Under the pieces are notes generated by a model, which worked only from the letters and a program-made list of their open reading frames with translations, was not told the origin of the DNA and ran no database searches. A stretch of DNA of 64,000 nucleotides from Bacillota bacterium (lineage in GTDB: Bacteria > Bacillota > Clostridia > Christensenellales > SZUA-584): NCBI GenBank assembly GCA_023406895.1, contig JAEXTV010000023.1, positions 67,833 to 131,832 on the forward strand, read 5' to 3'. A program made the translations under genes and the position numbers. This document shows, piece after piece, positions 19,283 through 28,097 of the stretch; position 1 is the stretch's first letter, and every line of letters begins with the position of its first letter.

Positions 19283-20848
19283 ATGGCATACAGAGCTTTG
19301 TACCGTACTTGGCGGCCTGCACGGTTTGCCGAGGTATCCGGGCAGGATCATATCGTCAAGGTGCTCGCCGGACAGATCGAAGCCGGGCGTATTGCGCATG
19401 CCTATCTTTTCTCGGGGCCCCGCGGCACAGGCAAAACAAGCCTTGCCAAGATTTTCGCGCGTGCCGTGAACTGCGCATCACCGGAGGGCAGCGAACCTTG
19501 CGGCAAGTGCGCCGTGTGCGCCGAAACATCGGCAGAAAACCCGGTGGACATCGTGGAAATCGACGCGGCATCCAACAACGGCGTGGACAGTGTGCGAGAA
19601 ATTCGCGAACGCGTGAACCTGCTGCCCGCTGTCTGCCGCTACAAAGTCTATATTATCGACGAAGTGCATATGCTTTCAAAGGGCGCGTTTAACGCGTTAT
19701 TGAAGACGCTCGAAGAACCGCCCGCGCATGTGATATTTATACTCGCCACCACCGAGCCGCACAAGCTGCCCGCCACCATACTCTCGCGCTGTCAGCGTTT
19801 CGATTTTAAGCGCATCGCCGCAGACGATATCACGGCCCGGCTGGCCGAAGTTGCCCAAGGCGAAGGATACGAATTTGAGCGCGAGGCCCTGCAGATGATT
19901 GCACAGGCGGCGGAGGGCGGCCTTCGCGACGCGCTCTCGATACTCGACCAGTGCGCCTCATCGGGCGCGGTCACACGGCAGAGCGTAACCGCGGCGCTCG
20001 GAAGCGGCGGCACGCAGCAGCTGTTGGATCTCGTGAGCCGCATCACGGCTTACGACGAGAAAAGCGCTCTTGAGCAGCTTGCGGCGCTGTTGAGCGCGGG
20101 CGCAGACACGCGCGCGCTGATTAAAGATCTTTCGGAAGCGTTCCGCAAAATGATGTGGCTCTCTGTGGGCGCGGGAGATGCAGATCACACCGGCCTCGAA
20201 GACATGGCCAAACGTTTCGGCAAGAACGCTTGCGTCCGTGCGCTGAATATATTGATACAAAAAGAATACGAAATGCGGCAGAATCTGCGCGCGGATATCG
20301 TGCTCGAAACGGCTGTGATGGCGCTGATGGCTCCTGAAGATGACCCGTCATCATCCGACAAAGCACGCATTGAAAAGCTCGAAGCGCGGTTGGCTGCGCT
20401 CGAGCAGCGCCCGTTCGCCGCAGCGCCCGAGCAGACTGTGAAGCAGACGGCTCCCCCGGCTGATAAGCCCGCCAAATCGGCGGCTAAAGCCCCCAAAGCC
20501 GTTCCGTCTGTATCCGCTCAGCCGGACAGCAGCGACGCGCAGACGCTCTGGTATAAGGTGCTCGATACATTGAAAACGGATGCTTACTTTGCATACCCGC
20601 ATGCAGCCAAAGCCGTGAATGCGGCGCACCGCGGTGCCGATACGCTCGACATCACGTTCGGCTCCCGCGCGGAAGTGGCTGCCGATTTTTTAAAGCAGCC
20701 TGCCGCGATGAAGGCGCTCGGTGATGCGATAGCAAAAACGGCTGGTAAAGCCATGAACATCAGTGTCATTGTGGAGAAGGAACACGGTTCAAAATCAGGC
20801 AATACGGACATACTTGCGATGTTTGGAGATAAAATCGAAGAAATATAA
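19283..20848 (+). CDS. dnaX: DNA polymerase III subunit gamma/tau
   Basis: MAYRALYRTWRPARFAEVSGQDHIV, Walker A GPRGTGKTS, the zinc module CGKCAVC, and IIDEVHMLS. Confidence 0.95.
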   Translation: MAYRALYRTWRPARFAEVSGQDHIVKVLAGQIEAGRIAHAYLFSGPRGTGKTSLAKIFARAVNCASPEGSEPCGKCAVCAETSAENPVDIVEIDAASNNGVDSVREIRERVNLLPAVCRYKVYIIDEVHMLSKGAFNALLKTLEEPPAHVIFILATTEPHKLPATILSRCQRFDFKRIAADDITARLAEVAQGEGYEFEREALQMIAQAAEGGLRDALSILDQCASSGAVTRQSVTAALGSGGTQQLLDLVSRITAYDEKSALEQLAALLSAGADTRALIKDLSEAFRKMMWLSVGAGDADHTGLEDMAKRFGKNACVRALNILIQKEYEMRQNLRADIVLETAVMALMAPEDDPSSSDKARIEKLEARLAALEQRPFAAAPEQTVKQTAPPADKPAKSAAKAPKAVPSVSAQPDSSDAQTLWYKVLDTLKTDAYFAYPHAAKAVNAAHRGADTLDITFGSRAEVAADFLKQPAAMKALGDAIAKTAGKAMNISVIVEKEHGSKSGNTDILAMFGDKIEEI

Positions 20849-20859
20849 GGAGGTTTCTC

Positions 20860-21204
20860 ATGGCAAAGAGAAAATCTTTCGGCGGCGGCGGCGCAATGAA
20901 CATGGGGTCCATGCTCGCCAAAGCACAGAAAATGCAGGCGGATATGGCGGCGGCGCAGGCCGAAGCCGAGCAGGCTGAAGTGGAAGCCACCGCGGGCGGC
21001 GGTGCGGTCACCGTGAAGGCGAACGGTGCCAAAAAAATCATCAGCATCAAAATCTCCCCTGAAGCGGCCGATCCCGATGATATCGAGATGCTCGAAGATC
21101 TGATCATGGCCGCGGTCAATGAAGCGATTACCAAAGCGGAAACCGTGATGCAGCACAAAATCAATGCGGTGACCGGCGGCATCGATCTTGGAGGCATGTT
21201 CTAG
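20860..21204 (+). CDS. ybaB: YbaB/EbfC family nucleoid-associated protein
   Basis: 114 aa. Contains MLAKAQKMQADMAAAQAE...VTVKANGAKKIISIKISPE. Position is conserved between dnaX and recR. Confidence 0.9.
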   Translation: MAKRKSFGGGGAMNMGSMLAKAQKMQADMAAAQAEAEQAEVEATAGGGAVTVKANGAKKIISIKISPEAADPDDIEMLEDLIMAAVNEAITKAETVMQHKINAVTGGIDLGGMF

Positions 21205-21205
21205 C

Positions 21206-21811
21206 TTGAGCGGCATCATAGAACCAGTGGCGCGGCTGATCAATCAGTTTGCGAAGCTGCCCGGCATCGGCCAGAAAACCGCACAACGTCTCGCGTTTCA
21301 CGTGATTCATATGAGCGACAACGACGTTGAGGAGTTCGCGAAGGATTTGTTTTACGCAAAAAAAGCGGCGGTTTACTGCCCCAGCTGCGGTAACCTCATG
21401 CAGCAGGGCGAGCCGCTCTGCGGTATCTGCGCCGACCCCGCGCGCGACGGCTCACTGATTTGTGTGGTTTCGGATATCAAGGACGTGCTCGCCATCGAAA
21501 AAACGCGCGAATTCAAGGGCGTATATCATGTGCTGCACGGCGTGATCTCGCCCATGGACGGCATTGGTCCTGACGATATCAATATCGCGGGGCTTATTGA
21601 CCGGCTTGCGGGCGGCACCGTGAACGAAGTGATCCTTGCGACCAATCCGGATGTTCAGGGTACGGCCACAGCCGCCTATATCGCGAAGACGATCCGCCCG
21701 CTCGTATCCAAAATCACGCGTATCGCGCATGGCGTCCCCGTGGGTGCGGATCTTGAGTATACAGACGAGGTGACACTTTCGCGCGCCATTGAGGGACGCA
21801 CACTGTACTAG
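21206..21811 (+). CDS. recR: recombination protein RecR
   Basis: LINQFAKLPGIGQKTAQRLAFHV (HhH), zinc finger CPSCGNLMQQGEPLCGIC, and a Toprim domain. Start is uncertain: TTG 21206 or TTG 21188, both downstream of or at GGAGG 21190-21194. Confidence 0.9.
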   Translation: MSGIIEPVARLINQFAKLPGIGQKTAQRLAFHVIHMSDNDVEEFAKDLFYAKKAAVYCPSCGNLMQQGEPLCGICADPARDGSLICVVSDIKDVLAIEKTREFKGVYHVLHGVISPMDGIGPDDINIAGLIDRLAGGTVNEVILATNPDVQGTATAAYIAKTIRPLVSKITRIAHGVPVGADLEYTDEVTLSRAIEGRTLY

Positions 21812-21874
21812 GTATACAAACAGTGATAATTGGCGATAATACACAGCATCAACCTTAATTTGGGAGGATGCGGT

Positions 21875-22063
21875 ATGGAATTAAACGAATATTCAAATGA
21901 TGTGAAGCGCGCCTTTGCCATCTGGCAGGCAGCCCAGAACTATTTTGACAATGTGGCGGACCCAGATCTTGTCGATTTTGCGATATACGATATGGAAGCG
22001 GCCAAAAAGAGATATGTATACATGCTTAAAAAAGCCAGAGAGATGCATAAAGAAGCCTTGTAG
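21875..22063 (+). CDS. DUF2508 (YaaL-like) protein
   Basis: 62 aa after GGGAGG. Position after recR matches the Bacillus yaaL locus. Contains FAIYDMEAAKKRYVYMLKKAR. Confidence 0.7.
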   Translation: MELNEYSNDVKRAFAIWQAAQNYFDNVADPDLVDFAIYDMEAAKKRYVYMLKKAREMHKEAL

Positions 22064-22071
22064 GCACGTTC

Positions 22072-22099
22072 GCAGAGACACCTTGTCTCTGCTTTTTTT
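22072..22099 (+). terminator. rho-independent terminator of the dnaX-recR-yaaL unit
   Basis: GCAGAGACA-cct-TGTCTCTGC forms a perfect 9-bp stem followed by TTTTTTT. Confidence 0.85.
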
Positions 22100-22301
22100 A
22101 CTCTTTTTTTGTGCAATTTTGACACGTTCTGATACATCCCGTCAGCATGACGTTATTGATTATGACAATAAACACTGATTTCATGACATATCGCCATGAA
22201 ACGGTGCTTTTTTGCTTGTACGGTTTTCAATTATACTATATAATTTTTTATATAATGTTTACCTGTTAATCACACAAATTCGCAAAAGTGAGACTTTTAA
22301 A

Positions 22302-23072
22302 GTGCGCACGAAAAAAAGCGGTCAAGATCACAGCAAAAACAACGGGGAACAAAAAGGGGTATGGCCATTGGAGCAAATACAACTGATTGGCAACAACATT
22401 GCCAAACTGCCTCCCCACGATATCGGCGAAAGCCAGTCATTCTCCGACCTCTATCCTGCCGGGCCGGATATTTTCAGCTATCCAACCGAGGTTCTATGGC
22501 AGATATTCGCTGATTCAAATGGAACAACGTGGCGGCAGATTCTTGATTCCCTTTATACCCGATACGGGTGGGTTTACGAGCATTCGGTCAATGTGGCACT
22601 CATTTCGGTCATGATCGCCGTTGAGTTGAATCTGGACAGAAATTCATTGTACAACCTAACGCTTGGCGGCCTGCTGCATGATGTTGGCAAGCTGCTGGTT
22701 CCCATGACGATTATACAAAAAAACACGTCATTAAGCGAAGCGGAAATGAACCTTGTAAAAAAACACAGTGAGCTTGGGATGAGCCTTGTGGCGGGCTGCG
22801 GCCTCAACAGTGATTGCATGTCGGTGATCATGCAGCATCACGAACGGCTCGATGGCAGCGGCTATCCGTACGGGCTCAAATCGGATGAGATCCATCCGCT
22901 GGCCAAAATCACGATGATCGCCGATGTGCTGGATGCCATCACATCTTACCGGCCATACCGTCCTGCGCGAAGTATTGGCGAAGCCATTTCGCTCATCAAA
23001 CAGGAAGGCGATAAGTTCAGCCGCGATCTTGTGGGCGTGATGGAAAAGCTGCACCGCAGACTCAGAAGATGA
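22302..23072 (+). CDS. HD-GYP domain protein (c-di-GMP phosphodiesterase type), paralog 1
   Basis: LLHDVGKLLVP and QHHERLDGSGYPYGL (HD and GYP motifs intact). Start is uncertain: in-frame candidates are 22212 TTG, 22302 GTG and 22368 TTG. Confidence 0.8.
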   Translation: MRTKKSGQDHSKNNGEQKGVWPLEQIQLIGNNIAKLPPHDIGESQSFSDLYPAGPDIFSYPTEVLWQIFADSNGTTWRQILDSLYTRYGWVYEHSVNVALISVMIAVELNLDRNSLYNLTLGGLLHDVGKLLVPMTIIQKNTSLSEAEMNLVKKHSELGMSLVAGCGLNSDCMSVIMQHHERLDGSGYPYGLKSDEIHPLAKITMIADVLDAITSYRPYRPARSIGEAISLIKQEGDKFSRDLVGVMEKLHRRLRR

Positions 23073-23501
23073 CTGCGCCCAACAGCTAAGCACATCGCTT
23101 ATTCTTTAGGGTCCTTTTCTCGCCGAAAGCTCTCTCATGGCTGTTGGTGTGTGCTTGCCATAAAAAGGTGACAGCATTTTTAAGTGCCTGCGTCACTTTT
23201 TCAATATCCCTGCGGCCCTAAAAATCAATGCGGATTCATATCGCATATCAGCGATACAGTTTTGTGTGCTATCAGCTGTCTGATATCACCCCAAGCATGA
23301 ATCGGCCATAATTCCGGAGCAAGAAAGCAATGCAAACGTCTCTATGAAAAAGCTTTTTATCATCCCACACAACGGGCATTTTGCGCCTTCGGTCATCCAT
23401 TTCAAACATCTCCGAAATCAGTATAAACAAGATAATCCAACTTTTACTTGAGATTTTACGTATTATACAATATAATGGATACAATATAACACTACACTGT
23501 T

Positions 23502-24389
23502 ATGTCATTACACATTTATACCACTTATTTTCACAATAAAGAGAGGAACCAGGCAGTGTATACCGACAGAAACATTTATGACCAGGAGGGTCATCTGCTC
23601 TTCAGAAAGAATCGGCCGGGACATCGCGCCGACGAAAATCAAAATCAACCCATCAAAACCCTGCAATTGTTTTCTGGCCCCAACGCTCAAAAAGCATATC
23701 CCCCCGCGTTCGATGATGAACAAAAGGGCCATCCAGCCCAAATGATCCGCACGTCACATATCCACGATTTATTTCAGCTTAAAGATGAGAATCTGATAGA
23801 ACGTTCTGCACAAATTCTTGGCAACACGATCAACAGCCCACAGAACGAGCTGTTGAGGCATATAATGGATACGATTTATTGCTTCTGTGAATGGGTATAC
23901 ACGCACTCCGTCCACGTGGCTTTGATATCCTTGATGATAGCTGACAGATTGAACATGGATGAGAAACAAAAAGAGACGCTTGCCGCCGGGGCTTTGCTTC
24001 ATGATGTGGGTAAACTTAAGGTGCCCACAGCCATACTTGAGAAGGATTCGTCGCTCAGCGATAAGGAAATGGCACTCATGCAAAAGCATTGTGAATTCGG
24101 CATCGACTTGCTGGCGGTCTATGGCCTGCCGCAGGACGTCCTGAATGTGGTCATTCAGCATCATGAGCGTTTGGATGCAAGCGGGTACCCTAACAGGCTC
24201 AAATCAAACGAGATCAGCCGTCTGGCAAAAATCACGATGATTGCGGATGTGATAGACGCCGTCACATCACATCGGCCTTACCGCCCCGCGCGCAGCCTTG
24301 ATACGGCTGTCCGAATTGTCAAGCAAGAGGGAACAAAATTCTGCAGTAAATATGTCGATATTCTTGATGAGCTTTGCCGAAAAAGCTAA
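23502..24389 (+). CDS. HD-GYP domain protein, paralog 2
   Basis: LLHDVGKLKVP and QHHERLDASGYPNRL. Alternative GTG start at 23556 after AGAGAGGAA. Confidence 0.8.
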   Translation: MSLHIYTTYFHNKERNQAVYTDRNIYDQEGHLLFRKNRPGHRADENQNQPIKTLQLFSGPNAQKAYPPAFDDEQKGHPAQMIRTSHIHDLFQLKDENLIERSAQILGNTINSPQNELLRHIMDTIYCFCEWVYTHSVHVALISLMIADRLNMDEKQKETLAAGALLHDVGKLKVPTAILEKDSSLSDKEMALMQKHCEFGIDLLAVYGLPQDVLNVVIQHHERLDASGYPNRLKSNEISRLAKITMIADVIDAVTSHRPYRPARSLDTAVRIVKQEGTKFCSKYVDILDELCRKS

Positions 24390-24445
24390 GAATGCTTTGA
24401 AACTAACTGATTTATTATAAAACAGATCAGGTACGAAAGAATCAA

Positions 24446-24500
24446 GTAAACCGGTGTTTGGCGTGCCCAGCTCATATTAAGCCGGTTTACGTATCTTTTT
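24446..24500 (+). terminator. putative terminator after HD-GYP paralog 2
   Basis: GTAAACCGG ... CCGGTTTAC forms a 9-bp stem with a long loop, followed by gtaTCTTTTT. Confidence 0.45.
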
Positions 24501-24624
24501 GTTCAGTATACACAATGCATCTGTCATGCGCTGTTAAGAAAAGATATCACAGCAAACAAGTGATTGCCAATACATCTATGAACTGGTATGATATTTTTGT
24601 ATTTTTAATTCTAAGGATTCATTG

Positions 24625-24837
24625 ATGATTTGCAGACGGTGCAACAGCCAGAATGTGATTGTGACCGCAGTTGCCGAGCAGCGCCCGCGCGGCTGCCTGC
24701 TCACGCTGTTTTATATCTTCCTGCTCCTCATCCCCGTCATCGGCTGGATTGCGCTTTTTATGCTGATACGCGGAAGGCGTTCGCGTACCGTCACATACGC
24801 GGTCTGCCAAACCTGCGGCCACCGCCGCCGCGTGTGA
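24625..24837 (+). CDS. small zinc-ribbon membrane protein (CxxC - TM - CxxC)
   Basis: MICRRCNSQN...LLTLFYIFLLLIPVIGWIALFMLI...CQTCGHRRRV. AAGGA lies 8 nt upstream of the ATG. Confidence 0.5.
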   Translation: MICRRCNSQNVIVTAVAEQRPRGCLLTLFYIFLLLIPVIGWIALFMLIRGRRSRTVTYAVCQTCGHRRRV

Positions 24838-24886
24838 AGACCGGATGACTTCTATCCGTATGCCCAGACAGGTTTCAGGCTAATTT

Positions 24887-26122
24887 CTACCACTCCGCCG
24901 TGCAAAAATCCATGCACAGTATAAATTTTTGATTCTCCGCGTTTTTAAAAACCTCCGCAAACGTCACGCATAGATTCCCCGTCGCGAGCGACACATATGG
25001 CTCCGTCACGTATTTATCGCGTTTGCCGTTCGTCACATGAAAATAATACCGCTTCATCGAATGGTCCGCACCGGGCCGCGCCGAATAGAATATGAGGTTG
25101 TCGCGCGCGCCGCATTTGCCGCTGCCAAACACGGTATCGCTGCACTGCAGCCCGTTTTCATTCAGCACATAGGCGCATTCCATGGTGCTGTGCTTACCCA
25201 CAATGCTGCGCAGCCTCTCGTCAAAATTCTCGGCGCCGGTCAGCTCGGTCAGCGCCTTTTTGGCAATCGACGCAATCCTGTCGAAAGCGCGCTGTTCAAA
25301 GCGGAGCGTTTCGGCAATGTATTGCTTATAGTTATCAGCCAGCATATTGATGCGGCTGTTTGCAAACGGTTCGGCGGACAGTTCGGCGGGCTTTGAGAAA
25401 TAAAAGCCCTGTATCATGTTAACGCCGAGGCGCAGTGTTTCTATCGCTTCCTGCTCTGTTTCCACGCCCTCGGCCACCACCATCGCGCCAATCTGCGTGG
25501 CCAGACGGATCAGCGACTTGACCACCTCCTGCTTATGGTAGTCGTTTTCAATACCACGAATCAAAGCGACATCCACCTTAATGATATCGGGCTTCACGAT
25601 GGGAATGCGGTCAAGATTAGAGAATCCGGCCCCCACATCATCAAGCGCAAGCAAGAAGCCGGCGCCGCGGTACCTGTCTATAAATTCTTTGAGCGCACTG
25701 TTGTCGAGCACTTTTGCTTCATTGATCTCCACAACGATATTGTTCGGATGAATACCGTACTTTTGCGTCTGTTTAATCAGATAATCGCTTCCCTTCACCT
25801 GATCAAGAACGGATGCGTCAAGATTGATAAACAGCAGCTTATCCTTATTCTGCGGATAGATTTTCCCGAACGCCTCCAGCACTTTCTCGCGGCACAGCCT
25901 GTCGAGCTCCAGTGTAAGCCCCTTTTTCATCGCGGTTTCAAAAAGCGCTTTGGGCGAAACGGTGGTTTCTCCCTCAAAGCCGCGAATGAGCCCTTCCATA
26001 CCGCAGACGACCTTTCTCGTCATGTACACAACCTGTTGAAAATGCGCGGTCAAGTCCTCGTTTTTTAATATTCTTTTGATGTCCGGTTCTTTTCTTGTCT
26101 GTCCCGATGCTGCAAATATCAT
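24887..26122 (-). CDS. EAL domain protein with a C-terminal Cache/PAS-like domain (c-di-GMP phosphodiesterase)
   Basis: EAL-domain blocks: GMEGLIRG (EGL in place of EAL), DDVGAGFSNL, IKVD, VAEGVETEQE, QGFYFSKP. The ORF runs to 26143 and was trimmed to the ATG after AAGGCGGA. Confidence 0.85.
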   Translation of the reverse strand: MIFAASGQTRKEPDIKRILKNEDLTAHFQQVVYMTRKVVCGMEGLIRGFEGETTVSPKALFETAMKKGLTLELDRLCREKVLEAFGKIYPQNKDKLLFINLDASVLDQVKGSDYLIKQTQKYGIHPNNIVVEINEAKVLDNSALKEFIDRYRGAGFLLALDDVGAGFSNLDRIPIVKPDIIKVDVALIRGIENDYHKQEVVKSLIRLATQIGAMVVAEGVETEQEAIETLRLGVNMIQGFYFSKPAELSAEPFANSRINMLADNYKQYIAETLRFEQRAFDRIASIAKKALTELTGAENFDERLRSIVGKHSTMECAYVLNENGLQCSDTVFGSGKCGARDNLIFYSARPGADHSMKRYYFHVTNGKRDKYVTEPYVSLATGNLCVTFAEVFKNAENQKFILCMDFCTAEW

Positions 26123-26425
26123 CGCGTCTTGTCCGCCTTTCAAAAAAAGAAACCCTTGAACAAACCCATGAATCAGGTCTGATCAAAAGCGTCATTGCTT
26201 TTTATATTCAAGTTATCCCTATGTTTCCCCATTTTTAAAAATAGCTGTTATTCTAAGTATTTATAACACAATTGATAAAAAAGTAACAAGACAAAATACC
26301 TTTTTTATTAACTTTTTCATATTCGAGCATGCCCAAACCCAAAAAGGATATCAGAAGCGAGCCGCAAAAGAAGTGTGATATAATAAAGCTAAATTTTTGA
26401 AAGCAACGAAACCGGAGGGGATCAT

Positions 26426-27283
26426 ATGAGTGAACTGATTTTTAAAAAGTATCACGGACTTGGCAACGACTATCTTGTTTACGATTGTCTGAAAAACGGC
26501 AAGCAGCTGACCGCCCCCATGATCAAAGCCGTCTGCGACCGGAATTTCGGCCTCGGTTCCGACGGCATGCTGATCGGGCCGATACAAGAAAACGGCATGC
26601 GCGGCGTGCGCATATTCAATCCCGACGGCAGCGAAGCCGAGAAGAGCGGGAATGGGGTGCGCATTTTTTCTGCCTACCTCAAGGATGCCGGATATGTGAA
26701 AAGTAACGCCTTTGATTTACAAACGCTCGGCGGTACAGTCAGTGTCACGTTTCTTGACGACACGGGCAAAGCGATGCGCGTCTCTATGGGTCGGCTGTCT
26801 TTCGACAGCGGCGACGTTGGTGCGGTGGGCACCCCCCAAACACTTGTGGATGTACCTCTCGAATTCGGCGGCAAGGCGTACCGCTGCACCTGTGTGTCCA
26901 TCGGCAACCCGCACTGCGTGATCCCAATGGACGAAATTTCAAAGGAGAAGGTTTGCGAGATCGGGCAGTACTCCGAAACGGCTAATTACTTCCCGAACCA
27001 CATCAACACGCAGATCGTCAAGGTGCTTGACCGAAACAACATTCAAATTGAAATATTTGAGCGCGGCGCGGGCTACACGCTTGCCTCGGGTAGCAGCAGC
27101 TGCGCGGCCGCCGGCGCGGTGTATCAGCTGGGTCTGGCAGATTCCCCGATGATCGTTCATATGCCCGGCGGCTCATTGAAAATCGAGATTTCAAAAGACC
27201 TCGACGTTTTTATGACGGGCCCGGTTGTTTATGTGGGCACCATGCTGCTCAGCGAGGATTTTTTTGAGACGCTGCCAACATAA
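26426..27283 (+). CDS. diaminopimelate epimerase family protein (both catalytic Cys positions are Ser)
   Basis: KKYHGLGNDYLVYD, FNPDGSEAEKSGNGVRIF and FERGAGYTLASGSSSCAAA align with the DapF motifs N.DGSE..CGNG.R and ERG.GET.ACG.G.CA. Confidence 0.8.
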   Translation: MSELIFKKYHGLGNDYLVYDCLKNGKQLTAPMIKAVCDRNFGLGSDGMLIGPIQENGMRGVRIFNPDGSEAEKSGNGVRIFSAYLKDAGYVKSNAFDLQTLGGTVSVTFLDDTGKAMRVSMGRLSFDSGDVGAVGTPQTLVDVPLEFGGKAYRCTCVSIGNPHCVIPMDEISKEKVCEIGQYSETANYFPNHINTQIVKVLDRNNIQIEIFERGAGYTLASGSSSCAAAGAVYQLGLADSPMIVHMPGGSLKIEISKDLDVFMTGPVVYVGTMLLSEDFFETLPT

Positions 27284-27337
27284 ACGGCAATACAAAAACA
27301 GCGGAGCAATCCATCTGCTCCGCTGTTCATATTTCAT

Positions 27338-27880
27338 TTAAGCACTGGCCATTTTGAACCGTTTGTTCACGATCGGCGACAGGCTGTCGATCAGCACCAT
27401 CAGCAGCCATGCATACAAAGGCAGCTCCACCGCCGCGCCGATCAGTCTGGCCGGAAGCAGCACCGCAAGAGGGACACCGTAAAATGCCCAGACGAAAAAG
27501 CTGTTGAGCACCACCGAGCACACCACCTGAGCGGTCAGCGCCACGCCCGTCGCCTTCCAAATGGTGTTCTTTTTGCTGCGCATATAAAATACACCCGCAA
27601 TCACGCCGAACAGCGCCATGGTTAATGAGAATACCGGATTATATGCCCCGATCTGCACCCCCATAAAAAAGCCCGCCGTATCGGCCACAAACCCCACAAT
27701 ACCCCCGGCGAGAGGCCCGAAGAAAATACCCGCAAGCATCACGGGCAGCGGTGTGAGCGAAAGTTCCACCGTTTTTAAGCCAGTGAAATTGAGCTCTACC
27801 GAGAGAAACGCGCTGAACACAGCGCCCAGCGCCGCAAGCAGCGCCATGATGATCATTGTACGAACGTTATAATTTTTCAT
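27338..27880 (-). CDS. folT: ECF transporter S component, folate family
   Basis: 180 aa with about 5-6 TM segments. Contains LTPLPVMLAGIFFGPLAGGIVGFVADTAGF. A THF riboswitch lies directly upstream. Confidence 0.8.
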   Translation of the reverse strand: MKNYNVRTMIIMALLAALGAVFSAFLSVELNFTGLKTVELSLTPLPVMLAGIFFGPLAGGIVGFVADTAGFFMGVQIGAYNPVFSLTMALFGVIAGVFYMRSKKNTIWKATGVALTAQVVCSVVLNSFFVWAFYGVPLAVLLPARLIGAAVELPLYAWLLMVLIDSLSPIVNKRFKMASA

Positions 27881-27946
27881 ACAAAAGAACCTCCTTCCCT
27901 TGAATATAGCAAAGACACGCCATTAAGAGAAAAAGGTTTCTCATAA

Positions 27947-28042
27947 GCAGCGGACGCGACTCTGTACCGCAGGCATCTCAGCCTTTCGTCCCCGGGCGAC
28001 ATCCCATCCCAAGGCACTTAACGCACAAAATCTACTCTGCAC
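27947..28042 (-). promoter_or_regulatory. THF (tetrahydrofolate, folT-motif) riboswitch
   Basis: Minus strand reads GCAGAGUAGAUuuugUGCGUUAAGUGccuuggGAUGGGAUGUCGcccggggACGAAaggcuGAGAugccuGCGGUacagagucgcgUCCGCUGC. This shares the blocks AGAGUAGAU, GCGUUAAGUG, AUGGGAUGUCG, ACGAA, GCGGU and UCCGCU with the crystallised Eubacterium siraeum THF aptamer. P1 is closed by GCAG/CUGC. Confidence 0.9.
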
Positions 28043-28059
28043 ATATATCAAGCACTATT

Positions 28060-28089
28060 ATTATACCAATGGCTCCCCCATCCATGCAA
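28060..28089 (-). promoter_or_regulatory. sigma-A type promoter for the THF riboswitch-folT transcript
   Basis: Minus strand: TTGCAT - 18 nt - TATAAT, preceded by TGg (extended -10). It lies about 20 nt upstream of the aptamer. Confidence 0.55.
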
Positions 28090-28097
28090 CGTTTTTC

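Noticed and set aside
19102-19692. 196-aa plus-strand ORF overlapping the dnaX start
   Set aside because: It is out of frame with dnaX, and the part within the gene is Arg-rich. dnaX has unambiguous motifs.
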